From positions 21,886,001-21,950,000 of the forward strand of contig CM060731.1 in assembly GCA_030704615.1 (NCBI GenBank): 64,000 bases of DNA, given 5' to 3'. Source of the stretch: Takakia lepidozioides (taxonomy: Eukaryota; Plantae; Bryophyta). This document shows, piece after piece, positions 51,366 to 64,000 of this stretch (the first letter of the stretch is position 1; each line of letters begins with the position of its first letter). The notes beneath the pieces were generated by a model. That model had not been told where the DNA came from, made no database searches, and saw only the letters and a program-made list of their open reading frames with translations. The position numbers and the translations under genes are program-made.

Positions 51366-52845
51366 CTCTTGTCAGTTCAGAGCGTCAGAGCCTTACTGGA
51401 TTCCTGGAAGACTTGTTTGCCCCAAACCGCTTATTTCTTCCACTTTTCCAAACTTTGCCATTTCCAGCCTGTTTCCTTTATAAAAGAAATAAAACAAAAT
51501 CTTGGTATTGGTAATACCTCCATAAATCTTGGTAATACTTACTGCCATTTGTTTTTCCAAGAATAGGTAGCTCCATTGCAGTGCCATGCTAAGAAGTTAA
51601 TGTGCCTTTTTAAAAAAATCATTATTATGATTATTATTATGCGAGTTTTAAAAAAAAAAACAGCCTGGGACAGAGGCCCTGATGAGAACTTTATTTAGGA
51701 TTATTTGGGGAAAAAATTTTAAAACCCCCCATACACCATTAGGCACGGTAATCGTGAATATGTGAATCAGCCCCTCGTTTTTTGTTTTTAAGAAAACAAT
51801 TCAAGGACGTTAAAGAAACTTTATCTTTATCTATATGTATATATTAAATTTATTATTTTTATGTTGATAATTGAGGGGACCACTGTGGGCAGGGCCACCC
51901 AGGTGAATCGAGGATCCTGCCACCTTGTCGGACTCCTCAAGGCTATTTTTATTTTTTATTTTTATTTTTATTCTTTATTCTTTATTTGTAAACAGGGGAT
52001 TGAAGCCCTGGTTAATTTTATTAAAAAATCTGAGGAAAAAATAACCTCAGGAAACAACCATGGAGGATGAAAAAGGACTCGTCACTGCCCCGTAACCATA
52101 AGCACGAGAGGCTTTTTATTTAAACTAGAAAGTTAAAAGGAAGTTAAGAGAAAGTTAAAAATTGGAAGAAGAGGGGAACGTGGGAACTGTCAAAGTCGCG
52201 AAATCTAGCCTAGGCCCTATATTCGCGGACGGCGCAATCGCACAGCACCGGCGGGCCCCGGTCCCGGCCACCTGCTGATCAGGTAATCAGCGTGAAAAGA
52301 CTCTCCTTGGATTCCAGGCGACCGGGGGTCGGCGGTGGACAAAACAGGTCACCTCGCAGCTCACGTCAGCGCCAAGCTGTTTGTCTGCGGGAGAGCAAGG
52401 AAGCTCGCTCGTGCGAGTCAAGGAATGAAGAAGCTCCATACATACTACATAGTGTCGGAGCTTCTGATCTTGCTTGTTGAGGGCTGAGTTCAGTGCCAGG
52501 ATAATTCCGACATTTGTTTCGCTCAGTCATCGTCCATTTCGGAAATCTGGTAAGGGATCATAGCCGGAATGGAGATGTGAGGAAGGAATTTCGTGGATTG
52601 CATTGGAAACCACTAGATGGACGCGAAAGTGCGGGTGCTGAAGAGATTGGAAGAAAAGAAGCATGCGGGAACGACATTGCAGACGTGATAGACAGTAAGG
52701 TGGATGGATGCTGTGAGAAGAGAGCCATGCGAGGGGGACACACAATATTTTTAGGCCCACAGGGCTTCTGCAAGGCGCATGATAGAGCCAAAGGGAGGGA
52801 GAGAGAGAGTGACGCGGGTTGGAAAGAGAAGAGGGGGGCAGATAC

Positions 52846-55800
52846 ATGAAGAGGTTAAGTATGGGTGTGGGACAGTGTCAGAGAAAAATGGCGATGACAG
52901 TGCTTGCTATGATAGTGGCTGCTGCGCTTGCAACACTTGGCTGTCACGCACAAAGCACCACGGATGCAGTAGCGTACCTCGACAATATTGAGAAAGAAGT
53001 GAGGAAAATCACACAGAATGTCGTCGACAACTATGTGCACACTTGTGGTACACTGCCCCTCCTCTCTCCCTGTCTTTCTCTCTCTGCAACCCTTACCAAT
53101 TTTCCCAATTCCTCTTTTGTACCCGACCGTCGCTAGGACCTAACAGTGAAGCATTGCTTGCGGGTGCAGATCTCGTCGCTTCATGTGGGAACAATAACTG
53201 CTCTAGGCAGGCCTGCATGCCACTGCAGGGGGATAACAATCTCTTAACATGCAAGCGCGTGGCCTCGAATCAAGTCTGCAATGGAAACGGCTGCCAGCAG
53301 TTCCCATTCTCTTTGAAGAGAAGTTTCGTGAGGTGAGAATTAACAGAGTCCAACCACGTCAGGATCTTTTTCGGCCAAAACAACAGGAATTTAAAAAACC
53401 AAGAACTTGAAACCACTGTGTCATTCGTGTGCAATGCAAAGGGATACTTCTGCCTGTGGGTTTTCCACAGTGGTAGCATTGCAGAACTTACTTGAAGTCA
53501 GTCATGAGTACGTTAGGAACCTGCCCTCAATTTGCAGTCACAAAGCTGATGACTGGAAGGTATGGTTCCGGTTCGCACCGACTCTCCCTCTTCCCTTCCT
53601 ACCATCATCCTTTTGTTTCCAGCCTTAATATCAGGAAACCCACACTGGACATCTGTCACTTCCTCACACCTTCTAGTTAGATAGGCACGAATTGATGTTT
53701 ATATCCACTTGCGATTGCGAATATCCATTGGATGTCTGGTATGTTGTCTGCAGGCTCCCCAATGTGGCTCTGACCCTCAATGAGGCCAACTATTCAATCT
53801 GCAGCCAGCGGATGCTCGATCCGACTTTCCAAGGAATTGCACAAAATCATGACAGTTCACTGAACCTCACTTCATGGACCTACTTCGCATCTGTGGAGGG
53901 AGTCCACCGAGCTTTCCCTGGTCGAGTATGTTCCCAGCCTCCCTCATCATGCCCTCTGAAGGACAACTGAGTGAGGATGACAGCCTAGATAGAGAATTTT
54001 GTTGTTTTTGGCATTTAGGAAACAAGAGAGAAATGAAATGAAATGAGAGAAAAAGAAAGTATTCATAAGACGTTGTTTGCCGTAGCCTTGTGGCCATTGA
54101 CCCCGCGCTCAGTTTGAGCGGAACACAAAGGGACAGAGACTACCGTTGTCAGGAGCTGATGCTGGTAGTATGATGTACCTTGGAACAGACTATCAATCCG
54201 AGTTTTCCAGATATCCTCTAGAAATCCCTTCACACAAGCATCGATCTGCTGTGTGTGGTTTGCCCGATAACTAGGCCCCAAAACGGCCTGGGCTTTTGGC
54301 TCAGCCTCGAGACTTTTGAAGTTGGTAAACAGAGGTTCAGGCACAATTCCCTTGATGGGTTTGAAGAGGGCGTCTCTCTCATGAGTTTACCCAGGACAAT
54401 GAATCAGAAATGAATATTGTCTTCAGGTTGCCCACACAACGGGCAATTGCAATCCCTCTTTCCTCTCTGCATCTTTGTGCTGTTTAAAGGTAGGCTTCCC
54501 GCCCTGAGTTTAAATTTCAGTCTAGTGCCGAGGGCGGGTAAACCCTTGAGGTCATCCATGATAGCCTCTCCCATGTCACAGACTGGAAACAAGTTCAGGG
54601 AAGTTTTCTGCCTAACTTCATTAATGAGAATGAAATGAAATGAACTGGTGCTTTATAACGTCCGCGGAAAGCTCATGAGAGAAAGAATGTACTCATAAGA
54701 CGTTGTTTGCCGAGAGAGAGAGAGGGGACAAGTGTGGAGGAGGGCCTGTCAAAAAATCTAGGCAAATGGCACACTAGGGGCTAATAGGTGTCCTTTGTTG
54801 GAATGCAGGATGTGCCTGCGACGAACTGCGCCTTTGAGCCAAGAGAGCGTCCATGGTAGTCATTCTCCTGCTTCTCTTAAATGGGTTTGACCTTACTTGT
54901 ATTCCTCATTTCCATGCAAACTGCAAATGCGTGCATAGCTGCAATATAATTTTGTTTCTCTCTTTATATGTCTAGCAATTTAAAGCCAGTGCTCTCGTTG
55001 GAGTTGCACCTTTCTTTTGTGCTTTGAAATATGATCTTCAGATCCCTTCCCAAACAAATTTAGAGGGGTTTCACCTGTTAGATTTTGTGTAATTTGTATT
55101 TGTCTAGCGCAGTGAGGTCATAGAGTTCATGTGTTTCTTCTCTCCCATTTTTGTCTTTTTCTCATTTTCCGGGTTTCTCCTGTTCTTGTGCATCTGATAG
55201 CTCCTCTGGGCTTGATACTTTCTTCCTTCTTCGAGCTCCATGTCGATGTTATGTAGTTCTTTTCTTTTGGTCTCTTCCTTTGTGTCTTCGTTTCTTTCTT
55301 TTTGCCACAAGGCCATTGCAAGTTAAGACATTCTGCTTCTGCACCTCTGTCCCCCATTTTGATTCCTGCCCTCTCCATTCCCTGCTATTGCATTCTCTGG
55401 GAGAGTTTCGTTTCCTCCGTGGCTGACAAGATCATTGGGAGGAAACTAATTGTCTGCGGTAGAGCAGTTAATTGGTGGACTAATGAGATTAAACTCAAGA
55501 TAGCTGAGAGACGAGCCCTCTATAAAGAGTGCTGCAATTTGGAAACCAACAGAGAATTGTGGGTGAGGTACTACCAGCTTCGTAAAGATATCAATCAGCT
55601 TGTTAGGTCTCAGAAGAAATTATACTGGGACAAGTTATACAGTGAAATGAACTCAAACCACCATGGTGGTAATGACAAGAAATTCTGGTTGGCCCTTCAA
55701 CGTTTGTACAAGCCGAAAAACGGTCAGCAAGTACAAGCGCTGAAGACTACTAAAGGTGCAGTGGTGACTTCATCGGTTGACATTGTCAAAACTTTTGAAA

Positions 55801-58800
55801 CTCACTACAGTATCCTTGGCAGAACTTCTAGGTCTAACAGTGAGGGGTCTTCTGCTGAATGGAGGGACACAGTTGGAAAAACTGTTCCTATGATTCAAAA
55901 CAGCCCTGATGAACTGGAGTATATTTCAATGGCTTATAATGCTCCCATTAGTTCTTCTGAGATTGTGGATGCAATTGAACATTTAAATGGATATAAAGCT
56001 GGTGGACCTGATGGTATTGTCAACGAGCTTATCAAGCACGGTGGCGATCCATGATAGAGGCCCTAGTTCTCCTCTTTAACCTTATCTGGAAGACTGAAAT
56101 GATCCCCTTTCGCTGGCGACAGGGGGTCATTGTCAATCTATACAAGAAGGGTGACAGAGAAGAACCGGGGAACTACCGTGGCATCACGCTCCTCAATGCT
56201 GTTGGCAAGACATTCTGCAGAGTTATAAGTACTCGTCTCGAGGTTGATCTGGAGTCTAGAGGTTGTTTCCACGAAGGCCAAGCTGGCTTTCGGCGAAACA
56301 GGGGCTGTGTGGATCATATCTTCACTCTAAGCCAGATTATCCAGGGAAGGAAAAAAGAAGGGAAACCCACTTATGTCTTTTTCCTGGATGTCAAAAAGGC
56401 TTATGACACAGTGTGGAGAGATGGCCTATGGTTCCGCGTCTGGTCTTGTGGGATCAAGGGAAAGATGTGGAGAGTTGTCCACAACTTGTATGCTCACACC
56501 AAAAGCTGTGTCACTGTTAACGGACAGAAGTCCAACTTCTTTGACATAGACCAAGGTGTAGCTCAAGGATGTACTCTCTCCCCTCTACTCTTCAATGTTT
56601 TCATCAATCAACTCCTCGAGGATGTGGAAAGTGAGGGATTTGGGTTAAGGGTGGGTGATACCACCATACCAGCCCTTATGTTTGCGGATGACTTCGCAGG
56701 CATAGGGGAGACTCCAACCAATCTCCAGGAATTGATTGATTGCGCGAAGAGATACTTTGATCTTTGGGGGCTAGAGGCTAATGTCAGCAAATGTGCAGTG
56801 GTAGCATTCAACGACAGAGGAGAGGGAGGAAGTGATCTTAAGTGGCAGTGGGGTAGCCAAGAGATCCTGGTCCTCCAAACCTACACTTACCTGGGCGTTG
56901 AGTTCTCCTCCAATTGTAATTGGGATGCACATATCCGGAAAGTTGTTCAAACTGGCAAGGGCAAAGCTCTGGGGCTCACTAAATTTTTCCACTGCAGAGG
57001 GGTCACCTCTGAGGTTAAGAAAACCATGCTTTGTCGCGTTATTAGACCTGCCTTGGAGTACGGATCTGCTATATGGGTTGATAACTCCAACCAGGCTAAG
57101 TCTCTAGAATCCATTCAAGTGGGGGTGCTTAAGGAGTATATGTCAGCATGCTCCAAAACAGCCAATGTGGCTGTTTGGCGTGAGTTTGGCATTCCGTCCT
57201 TAAGCTCCCGACGAGATGAATTCAAGGTCAGATGGTGGAGTCAGCTGCAACATATGCCCAACACCAGATATCCTAAGTTAATCGACTCTATATCTTGGAA
57301 ACAGGACCGCCCTGTCAAACAGGCTAAGTCCTGGCAGAAGAGAGTAGAAGAGATCCTCAAGGACCTGGACCTGGATCCGCAAGTCTTGACCCTGCTGGAT
57401 AAATCTGACTTAGAGGCTGTAGTGTCCTCAGCCATGTCTGTTGCCATGAGATTGTCTGATGAAAATGAAGTTAGGCAGAAAACTTCCCTGAACTTGTTTC
57501 CAGTCTGTGACATGGGGGAGGACATCTTGGATGACCTCAAGGGTCTACCCACTCTCGGCGCTAGACTGAAATTTAAACTCAGGGCAGGAAGCCTACCTTT
57601 GAACAGCAAACAGAAGCAGAGAGGAAAGGGAGAGTGCAATTGCCCGTTGTGTGGGCAATCTGAAGACAGTATTCATTTTCTGATACACTGTCCGGGGTTC
57701 TCTCACCAAAGAGACGCTCTCTTCAAATCTATCAAGGGAATTGTGCCTGTACCCCTGTTTACCAACTTTGAAAGTCTCGAGGCTGAGCCAAAAGCCCAGG
57801 CCCTCCTGAGGCCTAGTTTTGGGCAAATCACACACAGCAGATTGATGCTTGTGTGAAGGGATTTCTAGAGGATATCTGGAAAACCCGGATTAATTCTATA
57901 TATGAAGGTAAGTCTTACTACCAACGTCAGCCCCTGACAGAGGTAGGTTCTGTCCCTTTTGTTCCCGCTCAAACTGGGCGCGGGGTCAATGGCCACAAGG
58001 CTACGGCAAACAACGTCTTATGAGTACAATCTCTGCAGCATGCATAGTGTGCATACTTCCCCAAAGAAACATCACTAATCAGCTTCCTGGGTTGAGGAAG
58101 TAATGACATCTTGTAGGCAACATCACACCATGGGACTGGCCCTCACCCCAAAGCATGAGCCCTGAACCCAAAGGGCACAACAGTCAGTCAGTCTACGTTT
58201 ACCTTGACTAAGGATGTTGGTTGCCACTTATATATGCACTGAAATTTTTTATTGATGATTGCAAATTTGCTCTGACCATATGAGGTCGAGTATACAATAC
58301 AAACTACTAAACTGGCAAACAGTCTTCAAGGTGCATTAGTGTTTGCAAAGAATTTGTTACAGGGATTATGAGAGGTTCTTGAGTACTTTCCACATTTGGC
58401 AGGTACAAGGGTGCCATAGCTGTGACGAAGGATCTCATGGTGCTCCTTGATGCTGGAAATTCTATGGGGGAAAGTCTCACTTCTGACTTGTTGAACCTGG
58501 AGAGCAAGTTTGCAGCAGCTGTGTCAATTGTGTCAGAGCTTTTGAACACCTTGGTCCATGGAGATCGAGTGACCATTGTGCGGTTCACCAGTGCTTCAGC
58601 AGCCTTAGTTCATCAATCGGTATGTTGACCTGATTGCTATCCCAACTTTAGGCTACCACTGTGGCTACTGACTTGTTCTGCTTAGTGAAGATCTTGCGGG
58701 TGCAATTGATTTCCAAGTCTTAAGAGTCTTTCTTATCTTAGATGCATTTCTTCTGCAGCTGACAGCTACAACAGGTAATGCAACAGACCTTCAACCACTG

Positions 58801-61800
58801 AAGGATGCCCTTCAAGTGCTCACCACCGACACTAATCAAGGAGCATCAAATATAGAGGCAGCATTTCAATTGGCTAACCAGACATTTGAACCTCAAAGCA
58901 GTGCTCTCAAGGTATGATAGCCAAAATATGCCAAACTATGATGTTTGCATTTAAGACTTGGCTAGGTGTACACGTATCTAATATTTGCTTGTCGAAATCC
59001 ACCTTCCAAACGGAAGGCAGTAGCCCTTCGGGGTGAAGTGACACCATAAGTTACGCTTGCTTCGGCGAGAGTCTCCCTTTTTCGTCCCTTTGGTTGTCAT
59101 AGCCTTGTAGCCATAGAACCCAGGCCAGGCCCTACCTCTGCTTTTGGAGGCCCAAAGCCTAATCACAGTGAGAAAGGAAAGAGACAAAGGAAGGAAGTTT
59201 ATATCGTCCAGAGGGATCCCGAAGGCACATGGGACAAAGCAGAACAAGCTTCAGGAAACAGCAAACCATGCCTGAGATAAAGTGCCTCATGCAGCTGGGC
59301 TGCCAGGCATGGATTCAAATTCGAAATTTCCTCTAATAAGCTGTGTCAAGAAGAGAGGGAGACAGAAAGCAAGAAAGAATTAAAGAGATTTATGCACCCA
59401 TGAGGTGGCAACCCTGGATCCCACCTATTTGGATCTAAGGAGTACATGGGAAGGGCAGAGGAAAGAAAAGGGCTCTATTTTGAGACATGTTAACATGTGT
59501 TTTTGGGGGCATGGGCAGGTTATCTTGACATTTACAGATGGGCAATTCACAAGTCAGAGCCTGTCAACTTCGATCCTCGACAGCCTTGTTCAACAGCAAG
59601 TGTTGATACAGTTCTACAGTTTTGACCGGTTAGACACCATCAAGCAACACCTTTCCCAGGTTGCCTGCTATGTCAATGGTACATATGAGAGAATATTGGA
59701 ATCGGTGGCGAACCCTCTGTGGACGATTAGGTCGTACTTTGGCATCATAGCAATGCTTCGTCTCAGGGCTCTGGGTGATAATCCATACTGGACCCTACCT
59801 TATCCAGATGACGGCAGCTTGGGGACGGTCATCACTGTTGCTTACCCTGCATTTGCTCCTGATAATTACACTCTCATTGGAGTAGCTGGCATCGATGTCC
59901 TCATGGAGGAGTTGGGTTCAATTGCAGAATCTGCTTTCACCATTGCTTTACAGGATCGCCTCAACACCGAGCCGGTCCCCAACCTGACACCATCACCTCT
60001 CCCTTGCAATGTAAGCACCTGATGTATGCATAGACCTTGTGATTGATTCTGTGAGCCATGTCATTGGCTAGATTTCTTTCTGGCTAGGGCTCTCTTTGTG
60101 TATTTTAGGTAATCTCTTCTTTTCTTCCTCCCCATGCACAGAATCCTGACATATGCCCAATTTTCCACTGTCCATTGTAGGGAATCCCACACCTCTCTTT
60201 GGCCTTGTGTGGATGTTGTAAACGTTCCTTTCTTTCTTTGCTTCCAGAGTTCAAGCAGAGCAGGCTGATATTTTTTTCTTGGACAGGTGCAACTGTCAAA
60301 CCTGAATCAGTGCCAGAGTGTTCAAGCACCCTCAAATCCTTTATGTTTGAAGACAGACACAAGTGGTATGTCATTTGAACAGCGGGTGTGCACTTGCCAA
60401 CCAGAGTGTCAACCCTCCTCTAAGCGGTTGACAGCTTCACAGATCAGTGGAATAGGCGTTGGCGGAGGGGTTTTCCTTTTAGTATTTCTTGCCATTACCT
60501 TCCTTACCTTCCTTGTGATCTATCGGAAGTCTAAGCACCGTGGCAGTGGAACATCACCTGCAACCGGATCAGTTGTGAAGGGCACCACTGGAGATGCTCA
60601 TCTTGCGTAAGTACAAGCACCTATCAAAATAGGGTCTTTATGTTGTCATTGTTCTTCCTAGCAACAGTGGTATGTCACTATGTTAACACATTGCTTGGAA
60701 GTCTTGATTGTTTTGTCAAATGAGGTGGACTTGATGAATCTTGAGAGTATGTTTCTCCATCACTCTCCTCCACAAGACAAAGAAAGTCAGGAAGCGACAA
60801 AAGAAATGATACTGCCTGCACCACCCAAATACAATACCCGACTGTTGAAACATGGGCAGGCTTTACTGTTCAACAGATGGGGACATTGCTTGATATTATT
60901 CACAACCTTGAGTATTAGTTTGGTTGGCAGTTTGGTTCATAAGAAATATGAGATCATGGGTGTCAGATCCAATGCTGGTCTGCCACAATTCCATATCTCA
61001 TGACTGAGCTTTCTCCTTCGTTGCTCGTTGCCTTGATTCAGGGAAATGCCGAGACTAGAGGCACACTCATTGCGAGCCAGATCTGGTAGCTGGGGAAGCC
61101 AAGCAAATAGAGATTTGATTGAATACACTGAAGGACAGCTCCAAGAAGCAACAAAAAACTGGAGCGATGGAGTCCTTCTTGGGACGGGTGCCCATGGACA
61201 GGTGTACAAGGGGTGCTTCAGTGATGGAAAAATTGTGGCAATAAAGAAGCCCACAGTAAATGTTGAGATGGCTTGCGATACGTTTGCGACAGAGTTGGAG
61301 TTGTTGTCCAAGCTCAACCATAAATGTCTAGTACGTCTGCTGGGTTATTGCAAGGACAAGAGGATCCTAATTTATGAATTCATGGTGAATGGAAATCTTT
61401 CAGATTGTTTGCATGGCAAGCAAACAGGTCAGAGGCTTGGCTGGGAGGAGCGGCTACGAATAGCCATGGGAGCTGCCAAAGGACTAGAGTATTTGCATGA
61501 ATATGCAAAGCCAAAAATCATCCATGGGGATGTCAAACCAGCAAATATTTTGCTTGACCAAGCCTTGGATGCACATGTTTCAGACTTTGGCCTCTCTCTC
61601 TGGAGCCAAGATGCTGAGATGTCCTATTTGTGGGCAAGCCGCATGGGTGGGACTTTAGGGTACTTGGATCCTGAGTATGCTTCCTCAGGTGCCCTCACAT
61701 TTGGGAGTGATGTGTACAGCTTCGGAATGGTTCTACTGGAATTGATCAGTGGACGTAGGGTGGTTGTAAATTCCATTAACATCGGAACCTGGGCTACTGA

Positions 61801-62023
61801 GCTTGCTGAACAAGGAAATGTTCGGGACATACTTGATCCGAGCTTGGAAGAACCTACGAACATTGAAACCATCTATGGTCTGGTTGAACTTGCTCTCGAT
61901 TGTGTGCAACAAAAGAGGCAGGCTCGCCCCAAAATGAAAGAAGTGGCAGCCCAACTCGATGGAGCCCTTACTGCTTGGAAGCCCTGCAATAGGATTCCTG
62001 AAGATGCCATTTCTCCAAGATAG
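52846..62023 (+). CDS. Receptor-like kinase with an alpha2delta/CACHD1-type ectodomain (signal peptide, Cys-rich, dCache_1 split by VWA, TM, Pelle kinase), about 915 aa
   Basis: Exons 52846-53047, 53170-53332, 53754-53925, 54809-54855, 58403-58619, 58759-58911, 59519-60010, 60287-60606, 61042-62023 sum to 2748 nt in frame, all GT-AG. The start could be ATG 52861 or 52888. Motifs YFASVEG..RAFPG, FEPRERPWY, KDLMVLLDAGNSM, FTDG, WTLPYPD, LIGVAGIDV; TM GIGVGGGVFLLVFLAITFLTFLVIY; kinase GTGAHG, VAIK, HGDVKPANILL, DFG, GTLGYLDPEY. Confidence 0.92.
54030..54725 (-). mobile_element. Nested family A and B LINE 3' ends in RLK intron 3
   Basis: A fragment at about 54058-54620 sits inside a B (ATTTC)n tail; B end at 54628-54677; a 30-bp A end at about 54685-54712 next to (GA)n. 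Confidence 0.85.
55398..58034 (+). mobile_element. Young 5'-truncated family A LINE with near-intact RT in RLK intron 4
   Basis: 601-aa ORF with all RT motifs (ALMFADD) and the Zn finger; single-base frameshifts near 56050 and 57820; short TSD tctctg. Confidence 0.95.
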
Positions 62024-64000
62024 GACTGAACTGGAGTTCACCATGGAGTCATGACTGATGAGCAGCACCGGGCGTAAGTGATCACCTCTAGCTGCTCATT
62101 TTCTGGAATCCCTTGGATTTAGCCTTGTAATTTTAACCACTATAGAATTGTAAAGTTTCCTGTATATCAGAACCATGGGGATTGTCCATAACTTAACGTG
62201 ACAATACCCGTTTGTGTGTGCAATATAGAATTTCTCCTTTTAGATCAGCATTCATCCACTGGCAACTGCAGCTGCCTGATTTCATCCCTTGGGAAAGATC
62301 ACTTGTGGAAGTAGTCTATTCATTGGTGCCTGAACGGGATAGGGTTGGGGGCCAAGCACTTTGAGTAGCCAATTTTGATGGGGCTGACAGTTTGCATTCA
62401 AAAAACATTGGTGACCTTTTTCAGAGGCACCTTGTTTGCTTATGGTTATTCATATCAAGATCCCCTTCCTCGTCAGCATCTGTGGGGTCCCGCATTTCCG
62501 TTCTCGAAGCTTTGGTGGACCGGTCACAACCAACAACAGGGGACATTATTCTCAGGGGACACGATTTTGCAGGTATAGTGGCTTGGTGTGGTTTCTATGA
62601 TGAAAGTACTATTGAGTGTTCAAAGCTTCCAAACACGATGGTTCTGAGGTCCAGATTCTTGTGTGCCCCCAATGAGGAGTGGGGTCCATATCAACTAGGT
62701 TTGGATCCAGACAAGGAGAATGAATGCTTTCATATTCTCACTGTATTCCAGTGGATGGGCGGAGATTGGGACTCCATCAAGCTGATTGATGCTCTTCCCT
62801 CCCCTATTTGGAGGATGCTTCAGCTGAATAGTTCTCTGCAAGTCTTATCCGTTTCAAGATGGATCTCATCTTCGGCGTTGACTGAATTGTTGAGATAGCT
62901 GTAGGTGAGTCATTTGTCACACGTCAGAGTTTACTGGAGTTTACTCTAGAGGTTGGTTGATTGTGAAGCCCTTACTAGTTAGTCTTAGTTTGGTCTGTGC
63001 TTCACATTCCTTTGCATTCAAACCAAAATATCGTGGGAGGCTTGGCCATATTCTTCCAAGGCCCAAGCAATGGGGATACTCTTTGAACTCTATAGATGCC
63101 AGTTTCGGTATTAAGGCTGTGCAGATCATTGCTTACTTGATGTTGGATTTGGGGGTTTTTCCTATCTGTTCATTGAAAGATAAAGAGGGACTCAGAAATG
63201 GGCTTGAGCGATGAGTTCCGTGTCATTCTTGCCATAGACCCCATGCCTCATGTGGTTGGAGCAGACTCGGTGGGGGACAGCGGATTCAGGTCCAAGGTCT
63301 CACTTGCTGCTTACAACGTATACTTGGTAGGTCACAACAATGCAATTCACTTCTAAAGCAAGTTAGTTCCGTAGTTAGTTCCATAGTCCCTGCACATAGT
63401 AATAAGTACGGCATGTTTGAGCTCATTGAGCATGGTTGATTACCCGTGATAACAACACTCAGGAGAGTTGGCTAGTAATGGTTCCAAGTTTTTCTGTTAT
63501 GTTGGAACTATTTAGTTCATTGACTGCAATTTCTCTTGCTTTTCAGAAACCCGAATCTGACCTGTTGAGACTCTTTTACATCGTCTTTGGCATGCCCACC
63601 CATTTACTGCCTTGTCCAAAAACCTCAAAGACCAATCTAGATATGTGGACCCCCACACTAGAAACAGATTGCAGAAACAGAGATGGAGGGAAAAGCCAGG
63701 CCCTAGCGAACTTGCTAACAAGGGAGAAGGATGGAGTGAATAGTGGCTTAGTAGAGATTGCGAGAGAGATGAAATGTTGTGCTAGGGCAGGAACTAAGAG
63801 AAGTAAGAAGAGAAGTAAGAAGTGAAAGAGTGACGGATATGAAGCAATCCCGAGAGACCGTTGAGATTGAAGAGGCAGCAAGCTGTTCTAGAAATAACAG
63901 AAGGGAGGTCCTGTGAAGATGAAGTGCGCAGCTCGGAGGTGATGAGCTGTGGAGAAAAGGAGCTGGAGAAGGAGCTCGGAGATGCTGCAGTAACATAGTC

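Noticed and set aside
62375-63996. ORFs at the right end of the window
   Set aside because: No recognisable domain or consistent splice model; possibly a decayed retroelement or a gene edge.

Overview
Eukaryotic, intron-rich plant DNA, most likely from a non-seed land plant (inferred from gene content and TE types; not provable here). Left to right: (1) 1-13.8 kb, the 3' part of a gene built from about 39 in-frame micro-exons (mostly 33 nt, phase 1-1, encoding GTSAPAGNPYV-type repeats). Exon plus intron form the unit of a 206-bp tandem array that looks like satellite DNA. The array is split by an RT-deleted LINE with a 16-bp TSD, and the gene ends in an EF-hand-like exon. (2) A complete 10-exon ATG6/Beclin-1 gene (15741-30589) with a U12-type intron and introns packed with serially nested LINE 3' ends plus a tRNA-containing solo LTR. 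(3) 31-38 kb, a Tourist MITE, a SINE and hairpins. (4) 38-49 kb, a decaying putative large DNA transposon with a Sola1-like DDD transposase, a spliced ParB-like/possible DNA-methylase-like gene and three FCP1/NIF-like HAD genes. (5) An orphan lipoxygenase exon. (6) A complete 9-exon receptor-like kinase (52846-62023) whose ectodomain has the alpha2delta/CACHD1 architecture (VWA inserted in a dCache_1 domain with the amino-acid-binding motif), fused to a TM helix and a non-RD Pelle kinase. All gene models were spliced by eye; no database searches were run.
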